From Scyliorhinus canicula (taxonomy: Eukaryota): DNA of 64,000 bases. Below the pieces are notes generated by a model, which worked only from the letters and a program-made list of their open reading frames with translations, was not told the origin of the DNA and ran no database searches. The stretch spans positions 13,271,958 to 13,335,957 of the forward strand of contig NC_052171.1 of the NCBI RefSeq assembly GCF_902713615.1, given 5' to 3'. Positions within the stretch are counted from its first letter, which is position 1, and each line of letters opens with the position of its first letter. The translations under genes were made by a program, and so were the position numbers. Of the stretch, positions 55,249 to 64,000 are shown in pieces.

Positions 55249-57264
55249 TATTCCCAGACAGGTCAGCGAGCGTGTCGGTCAAATCTCCTTATTGCTCCTC
55301 ACCGCTCGTTTATACACTATTAAAACTATTAAAAACTATTAAAACTGGATAGAGATTCCTCCGTGGTGTAAGTTTGCCGAAATTTGTCATTTGATACCAG
55401 AATTAACAACGCTCCTGTAACTTCTATATCTCCGTTTTCTATAATACCGAGTGTTTCGTCCAGTGCGGCCAATCCTGGAAATCCTCAGCCATCCTTAAGA
55501 AATCATTCCTGATAGTTACACCGCCTATAAATCCATATTTCGACACCAATTGTCAGATGTTTGGAACACAGTCCAATAGCTACTCAGGAATGTCACAATC
55601 ACAATGGTATCAGTGGAATATCCGAAACGTATTTATTCCGTTCCGTCTTTTGGTGTCCTGCTCCAGTTATAACAATCCCTTTCCGAGTGAATCTTCGTAA
55701 TGTTTCCTCAGTTATTTTTCATTAGTTTCCTCAAAGAGTGCATTACCACAGACAATGACAAACCACAAAACAGAATCATTAGGGGTACCTCCAGATAAAG
55801 GCACATTGCTATCGATGGGCAGCTCAACCATGACCTTACTTGTCAGTGTATCACCTGCAAAAATACACTGAATGGTGCTGGACCATTAAACAACCACTGG
55901 AGAATTAGTATCCACAAATATCCCCATCCACAGTGATCCAGGAGCCCAGCAACAACTGTGCAAAAGTTATGACAACAATTATCAGACATAAGTACCCCGT
56001 GGCTAATTCATCTCGGCCTGCACCTGAGGCTCCAGCATCACGAATTCAGCCAATTCGCACTCAACTCCTGACACAGTAAAGACTGCAAATCACCTACAAG
56101 GCACATGTCAGCGGTTTCATTAAACTTGCCACGTTCCTGAGAGCAATCAACGACCACTACCATCTAGGAGGACGACAGCAGCAGATTCCTGAGAACAGCA
56201 ACACCTGGCAGACCCCCTCTAAGTCATTCACCATCCCAACTGGGAAATACTTGAACCATTCCTTCGCTCAGTAAAAGCCTGCAATCCCCCTCCCCCTGCC
56301 AAACAACACGGTTGGTGTACCTCATTATTCGAGTTTGTAATTGATATTAATCATACTGATAATGGTTAAAGCAACATTGGCTCCAGCATAATTTAATTTC
56401 CACAGTTACAATATTAATACCCCGTGTCCAATAATCAAATTACCCAGAACAACGTGTTTAAAGAAGTTCAGTGCACTGTACCGTAGTGCAGGCACACAGC
56501 AGTTCCATTTGGAGACAGCTTTGCCTAACCTGAGGGTGCGCTCAGTGGCCTGTAACTACAGCTTGAGTCATCAACTTAACAGACATCCAGGACTGCGATA
56601 CAATCAATTCGAACAATGGCAGCGCACTATTTGCAGCCGGGTCAGTTGAACTCGAATTTCAATTCCAGTCTGATGTGTCTGCACAAAAGCCGCAGCGGAA
56701 CATTTTTAAAATACCCCAGTTTGTGAGTTACAGTCCGTGTTCACTCTGCGTTTGATGTTAATACCGGTGACACATTTCATGTTTCTATTAATCAGATGCA
56801 AGACACTCAACATATGACACTGCTTTGATTATAATTGGAAAATTAATTGCCTATTTGAAGACAACATATTATTCCATGAGATGCCTATCTTAACTTGACA
56901 AAACCATCAATATCAGTGCAGGGCCGATTGTCGGCGCTTGTTATTGATAGTTAGAGATGAAAAACTTGAACTGAAGAGACTCATTTTGAATAGCGAGGAA
57001 CTGAACTGACTCGTCGGCATGGGACCCAGCAGAAGTACCCGAGATGAGGAAGGGAATGAAGAACAATTCTGGAAATGTCACTGAACACTGCCTGGGACAC
57101 AGGAAAAGTAAAAACGTGGAATGGGTGTGCGCAAAATTAGTGACGACATGACAAACAGATCGTAAAAACATTTCAGAGAAATACCAATTTAACACGACGC
57201 GGTTTTATATGAAAGCATTTCTGAGCCTCTTATGTCACAGCATTCACAAAGCAAATTTCCCACA

Positions 57265-57532
57265 GAATGAGTAAATCTCAGCATGTGAGAATGCCCCTCC
57301 GCTTAACAAAAGGAATTAATAACGGCATTAATTGCTCTTGTAATTCCTGTCTTAAGATACACTGGCGATTCACTTTTCGCGCCGTCAGCGCACTCCCGCC
57401 GGGAGGTTTCCCGGCGGCCTGAGTGTCTTCAATGGGAAATTCCATTGACAAGCGGCGGGAGTGATGAATCACGCCGCCAAAGAACGGCGCGCCGCCGACA
57501 AACACGCGGCTTGGATACTGGAGAATCCAGTC
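57265..57532. mobile_element. Short degenerate non-autonomous TIR element
   Basis: CpG-rich segment ending GGAGAATCCAGTCC, a terminus similar to the other GGGC..ATTCTCC elements; internal CCCGCCGGGAGGTTTCCCGGCGG palindrome. Confidence 0.45.
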
Positions 57533-57767
57533 CGCTGTGTATCCAATTTGGACAACACACTAAGGTTGTTAAAAAATATTCATTTTCGACGTAAACGAGA
57601 TTCACGCGGAATGTCTACTGTGGAGTATCTCTGACACAGATATATATGGAGATTCATGGCAATATTGGTGCAGTTTTAAACTCACTGCATTGGTTTATAC
57701 GCCAGGTTCCATTCATCATTCAAAACACCAAACCCTGAGCAATATAGCCTTGTCAAATCCTGCATAT

Positions 57768-59851
57768 TAAGAACATAAGAACTAGGAGCAGGAGTAGGCC
57801 ATCTGGCCCCTCGAGCCCGCCCCGCCATTCAATTAGATCATGGCTGATCTTTTGTGGACTCAGCTCCACTTTCCTGCCCGAACACCATAACCCTTAATCC
57901 CTTTATTCTTCAAAAAACTATCTATCTTTACCTTAAAAACATGTAATGAAGGAGCCTCAACTGCTTCACTGGGCAAGGAATTCCATAGATTCACAACTCT
58001 TTGGGTGAAGAAGTTCCTCCTAAACTCAGTTCTAAATCTACTTCCCCTTATTTTGAGGCTATGCCCCCTAGTTCTACTGTCACCCGCCAGTGGAAACAAC
58101 CTGCCCGCATCTATCCTATCTATTCCCTTCATAATTTCAAATGTTTCTATAAGATCCCCCCTCATCCTTCTAAATTCCAACGAGTACAGTCCCAGTCTAC
58201 TCAACCTCTCCACATAATCCAACCCCTTCAGCTGTGGGATTAACCTAGTGAATCTCCTCTGCACACCCTCCAGCGCCAGTACGTCCTTTCTCAAGTAAGG
58301 AGACCAAAACTGAACACAATACTCCAGGTGTGGCCGCACTAACACCTCATACAATTGCAACATAACCTCCCTAGTCTTGAACTCCATCCCTCTAGGAATG
58401 AAGGACAAAATTCCATTTGCCTTCTTAATCACCTGTTGCACTTGTAAACCAACCTTTTGTGACTCATGCACTAGCACACACAAGTCTCTCTGAACAGCGG
58501 CATGCTTTAATATTTTATCGTTTAAATAATAATCCCGTTTGCTGTTATTCCTACCAAAATGGATAACCTCACATTTGTCAACATTGTAATCCATCTGCCA
58601 GACCCGAGCCCATTCACTTAACCTATCCAAATCCCTCTGCAGACTTCCAGTATCCTCTGCACTTTTCGCTTTACCACTCATCTTAGTGTCATCTGCAAAC
58701 TTGGACACATTGCCCTTGGTCCCCAACTCCAAATCATCAATGTAAATTGTGAACAATTGTGGGCCCAACACGGATCCCTGAGGGACACCACTAGCTACTG
58801 ATTGCCAACCAGAGAAACACCCATTTATCCCAACTCTTTGCTTTGCTTTCTATTAATTAACCAATCCTCTATCCATGCTACTACTTTACCCTTAATGCCA
58901 TGCATCTTTATCTTATGCAGAAACCTTTTGTGTGGCACCTTGTCAGATATACCACATCCATCGGCTCCCCGTTATCTACTGCACTGGTAATGTCCTCAAA
59001 AAATTCTACTAAATTAGTTAGGCATGACCTGCCTTTTACGAACCCATGCTGCGTTTGCCCAATGGGACAATTTCTATCCAGATGCCTCGCAATTTCTTTC
59101 TTGATGATAGATTCCAGCATCTTCCCTATTACCGAAGTTATACTCAATGGCCTATAATTTCCTGCTTTCTGCCTACCTCCTTTTTTAAACAGTGGCGTCA
59201 CGTTTGCTAATTTCCAATCCACCGGGACAACCCCAGAGTCTAGTGAATTTCGGTAAATTATCACTAGTGCATCTGCAATTTCCCTAGCCATCTCTTTTAG
59301 CACTCTGGGATGCATTCCATCAGGGCCAGGAGACTTGTCTACCTTTAGCCCCATTAGCTTGCCCATCACTCCCTCCTTAGTGATAACAATCCTCTCAAGG
59401 TCCTCACCTGTCATAGCCTCATTTCTATCAGTCGCTGGCATGTTATTTGTGTCTTCCACTGTGAAGACCGAACCAAAAAACCTGTTCAGTTCCTCAGCCA
59501 TTTCCTCATTTCCCATTATTAAAACTCCCTTCTCATCCTCTAAAGGACCAATATTTACCTTAGCCACTCTTTTTTGTCTTATATATTTGTAAAAACTTTT
59601 ACTGTCTGTTTTTATATTCTGAGCAAGTTTACTCCCATACTCTATCTTACTCTTCTTTATAGCTTTTTTAGTAGCATTCTGTTGCCCCCTAAAGATTTCC
59701 CAGTCCTCTAATCTCCCAGCAATCTTTGCCACTTTCTATGCTTTTTCCTTCAATTTGATACTCTCCCTTATTTCCTTAGATATCCACGGTCGATTTTCCC
59801 TCTTTCTTCCGTCCTTCCTTTTTGTTGGTATAAACCTTTGCTGAGCACTGT
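57768..59851 (-). mobile_element. CR1 LINE 3' 2 kb (RT) with a small internal deletion near 58946
   Basis: ORFs 58908..59732 and 57860..58771 ([40 protein letters not shown]); tail TAAGAACATAAGAAC. Confidence 0.92.
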
Positions 59852-62269
59852 GCTAACCACTGCGCCACCAGGCCGCTAGATTTAAATGCTTCAATCAGCG
59901 GCTGCACACATAAAACGGACAAGCTAAATTTAAATACTTCAATGTGTTTCTATAATATGCTGTATATGTACAGGAGTGGAAGGTGACACAATAAAACCAC
60001 CTGCTGCTGTGTTTATGTTCAAGTACAGATTTCAATCTCAGTTTGGTGTAAATCTCAACTGAAAATTTTAAAAATAAGTAAATCATATCTACATATTCTA
60101 AACTTACTTGAAAGGGATGGATTTTAACATCAAAGAACCTAAAATATTAAATAACTAGAACTTCTGCCAGTTAATTTCTCAGCTTTATCGGCCATTCATA
60201 AGACATGACTAAAGGACACAGTTGAAAATCCCACGTCACCTTTGCAATAAGGAGCCCAGACTCTGAAACTCTGAGGGAAAAGACAATTGGTTCTTCCAGG
60301 TTCAGTGTGAACTCTCCCTTTTGATTTTTAACTTCAGTTTCTGCAGCCTGCACCAAGAATCCCCGGTGGACAGAGATTAAAGACAGTTGTCGCTGGAGAA
60401 TAGTGGACTAAGAACTATTTGAGGCACACAAATAGGCCTACTGTTCCAATCTGAGTGCATCTCTGGAACAAAATCTGATCCAGTTTGTGCCTGTTCCCAG
60501 ATCATAGCTCCTCCTTCGTGCGGAACAATAATTCAAACTCAGAATCAAGAAAGATGGAAAAACGCTGAGGGTTTCACAGCTTTTCAGACACTGAGCTTCC
60601 CTCCACTCAATGCAGTTTATTATAAATTAATATCCCTTTAACTCCGGAATCCAATGTTAATATTCAAACACCTATCTTCCTCAATGAGGCACATATACAT
60701 TTTCATGACGAATAGTTAGTACATCTCTTCATTTGTTGCAAATCTTTATCACAGATGTTTTCTCAATCGGAATCAGAATAGTTTCAGTCAATAATAACTC
60801 ACAATTCAGAAGCTGCAGTGTAATTAGCATCGTCCGACACCCCTACTGCGATCAGACTGGAATATTAACCAGAGGTTGTGCACAGACACCAGACTGTCTT
60901 TCCTCCACGATCTGAAACCCACGCTGCTCAGACAATTATTTCTTTAAGAACAGTTTGTCCTCTTCTGCATAACCAATTCATGCTGTCTTGTGGAAAAGGT
61001 AAATCGCCCTTTGGCAAAGTGCACCAATGAGAAACAACCAGAGCAACAACACGTGAGATGAGCCTCGGTTTCATCCACCTCCTTGTCCTGTGCGGCCCAT
61101 GAAGGGAAATGGATGACTAATCCTGCATCAGAGAAGCATAGACTCTTCCACCACAGACGCAGCGGCCTATAGCAGCTGTAACAAGTCTGTCAGTGAGTGT
61201 TGCTAACGTACATGTCCGAGCAGAGTTTCCAGTATCCCATGGTGTCTGAATTCAGCTGTAATCTCATCGCGAGGTTCATATCTTAACAGCTCGGTGAGTG
61301 AATAACTTTCTGTTCAGCAACAATGTAATCAACAATTTCAAATATGTACAATCTGAATATAATAAATAACTAGCGGGGGAATTAAAACCTTTCCTACTTA
61401 CTCTTACAGCATCTCCCAGAAGTTGTTTTATGCATTCATGGGACGTAGGAGTCGCTCGTGGTGCCAGCATTTCTTGACCATCCCCAAAATCTTTTGAGGG
61501 GGCAGTTGCGAGTCAATCACATTGCTGTGGGCCTGGAGATACATTTAGGTCAGAATTACTACCAGACCAGGTAAGGATGGCAGATTTCATTTTCAAAATC
61601 ACATGTGTGAACAAGATTGGTTTATCAGACAACAGACTGATATCATGGTCATCTGTAGACATTTTAATTCAGTTATTTTATTGTGATTAAATTCAATCAC
61701 TTTACATGGCGGGATTATAACCCGGGTCCCTGTTTCATAACCTGCATCTCAGGATTTTTCGCTCTGCGACAATAGTACTCTACAACCATCTCTGTTTGGA
61801 GAACTATATTCTGGAAGGAGGCACAGCACAAACGATGCAATTTCTCGACATAGCAGCAGTCCCATCCCTATGGTATTAATCTGGGAAAAATAATCCATAT
61901 CCTATCAAGGTACTTCAATTATGCAGCCTAAATTATCTGACGAAATTAGTACAACAGTGAGAAAACATTGGAATAAGGCAATGCATTACGAATATGAATT
62001 CTACATAGTCTACATCTGCACTTAATTAACTCTCCTGGCTGTTTTTATTTCTCTCTATCTATCTCTATATTACCCTATCAATCGATCTCTGTCTCTCGCT
62101 TTCCATCTGGTCTCTTTCACCTTTATCGAAATCTCTTCTCAATCTTTCCGTATGTTGGTGCTGTCTGTGTGTGCGAACATGTGTATGTATGTATTTCTGG
62201 CCTTCTGTTTTCTGTTCGACACTTAGAACTACGTATCTCTTTCTAAATAGCTGTCTCTGAAATTGCTAT

Positions 62270-63900
62270 GCAACACAGGAACTGGAAAAGGACATTCAGC
62301 CCACCGAGGCTGCCCTGTGATTAAATAGCTGTTCTGTGGACAGACTCAATCTGATTTGGTTTGAGCCCTTCTGGGGCACACGAGTAATCCGGTGTCCATT
62401 ATCCTTAATATCTTTACTTTGAGAAAGGTGTTATATCTCAGATTTAACTTAACAGCTGACGGAGTTGTTGGAAGGGTGATCCAAATCTCTGCCACACTTT
62501 TTGTGACACAGTGGTTCCTACCATCTCCAAGCGACCAAAACACTTTAAATTTATCTAATCTATCTTTTGGCCTTGATATATTCAAGATGTCAATCAGATC
62601 ACCTCTTAACTTTCCACATTCTAGATGGAATTTGTCTCAACTCTCCACTTATCCCCTGAAGTCCAAGTGTCATTCTCCGAAACCTACCCTGAACTCCCTA
62701 CCAGGTCAAAATATGCTCCCAAGAGTGTAATGGCCAGATCTGCCCACAGTACTTTAAATGGGGTATGAGTGGGGTTTTGTAAAGCTGCAGCACAAATCCT
62801 GCGTATTCATATTGCAGTCGTCGAGGTAGAAAGGTCAGCATCCCAATAACCTTCATGATTATATTCTGCACGTCTTGAAATGGAATTTGAATTAGCTTTA
62901 GCTTTTGGAAAAGGTAGTGAGGGACAAGATAGATGTACGTTTGGACGAAGATAGACGAGTTGGTGCAGACAGCATTGTTTTGTTCTGGGAAGGTCATGTC
63001 TCACCCACCAGATTGTGTTTTCAGAAAACGTGACAAAGAAAATTAATGAGGTAAGGGCCGTGGATGTCGTTTATATAGACGTTAGTAAGGCAATTGACAA
63101 GGCCCCACATGGCAGAGTGGTGCAAAAACGAAAAAAAAAAAACATGGGATTCGGGGTGACTGGCCAGGTGGATACAGAACCGGTTGTACATGGCAAGGTT
63201 TGCTGTGAAATGGTGTTTTTTCAGAATTGAGATCTGTAGATAGGGCTGTTCTCTGTTGTTTATGGTATCCATAAATGATCTGGAAGAAACTTTGGGTGGT
63301 CTTTTCAGTATGTTTGCGGATGATACGAAGGTTGGCGGAGTTGCTGACAGTGACGAGGATTGTCAGTGTAGAACTGGATATAGATATATTGGAGATTTGG
63401 GCAAACACATTGAAGTTGGAGTTTAATTCGGAGAAATGCGAGGTGATGCATTTTGGAGGATCAAATCGAGATATGAATTATACTGTAAGTGGCTAAACCC
63501 TCAGGCACATTAACACACCGCTTGATCGTGGTCGTGGAGGTCGACAGTTCCATGAGAGTGGGAACACAGATGGCCAAGGTGATTAAGAAGGCACTTGGCA
63601 TGCTTGACTTCATCAACGGGAGCATTGAATGCAGGAGTTCAGAACTGATGTTGCAGCTATATAAAACCTTGGTGAAGCGGCTTTTGGAGATTGCGTGCAG
63701 TTCTGGTAACCACATTATCAAACGTATAATAGATAAGTGGAAGCTTTGGAGAGAGCGCAAAGAAGGTTCATCAGGATGTTGTCTGACCTCGAGGGTGTTG
63801 GCTATGAGGAAATGTTGAATAAACGGATAGTTCTCACTGGAAAGACAGAGGCTGAGGGGAGACCTGATAGATGTCTGGTGGTGGTTGCCTGAGGATGTGA
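62270..63900. mobile_element. Old CR1 RT fragments, back to back (minus about 62270-62900; plus about 62950-63900)
   Basis: Degenerate VLQLYKTPLIPHLKYCGQIW (minus) and [32 protein letters not shown] (plus). Confidence 0.7.
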
Positions 63901-64000
63901 GGAAGCAGGCACATTAGCAAAATTAAGAGGCTAGGTACGTCTATTTGGAGGAAATAGAGGAATACGGACCGAGTACAGAAGGTTTTGTTTTTTAGTTGGG

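Overview
Vertebrate (cartilaginous-fish, shark-like) genomic DNA. The repeats are elasmobranch-type: HE1/V-SINE-like SINEs, CR1 LINEs with (ACATAGA)n tails, and GGGCG-ended Harbinger-type elements. No prokaryotic features are present. Most of the window is transposon-derived: a partial Harbinger-type element with a spliced Myb/SANT gene (1-2708), a three-level nest of CR1 > hAT (8-bp TSD, TIRs) > CR1s and SINEs (4541-16400), a near full-length CR1 (38230-41858) and a full-length L1 with a 13-bp TSD (46208-52129). The one apparently intact host gene is largely invisible in the ORF track. It is a 6-exon, 300-aa immunoglobulin-superfamily receptor on + (19490-23780): leader, germline-joined V+J exon, C1-set exon, uncharged TM exon and two cytoplasmic exons ending in TIYADL (ITIM/ITSM-like). 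This looks like a non-rearranging, antigen-receptor-like inhibitory receptor. Around it are decayed SRCR (CD163/WC1/DMBT1-type) exons in both orientations and a 5'-truncated class A GPCR (GPR139-like) pseudogene. Exons were assembled by hand from splice sites and reading phase; family names come from motif recognition, not database searches.
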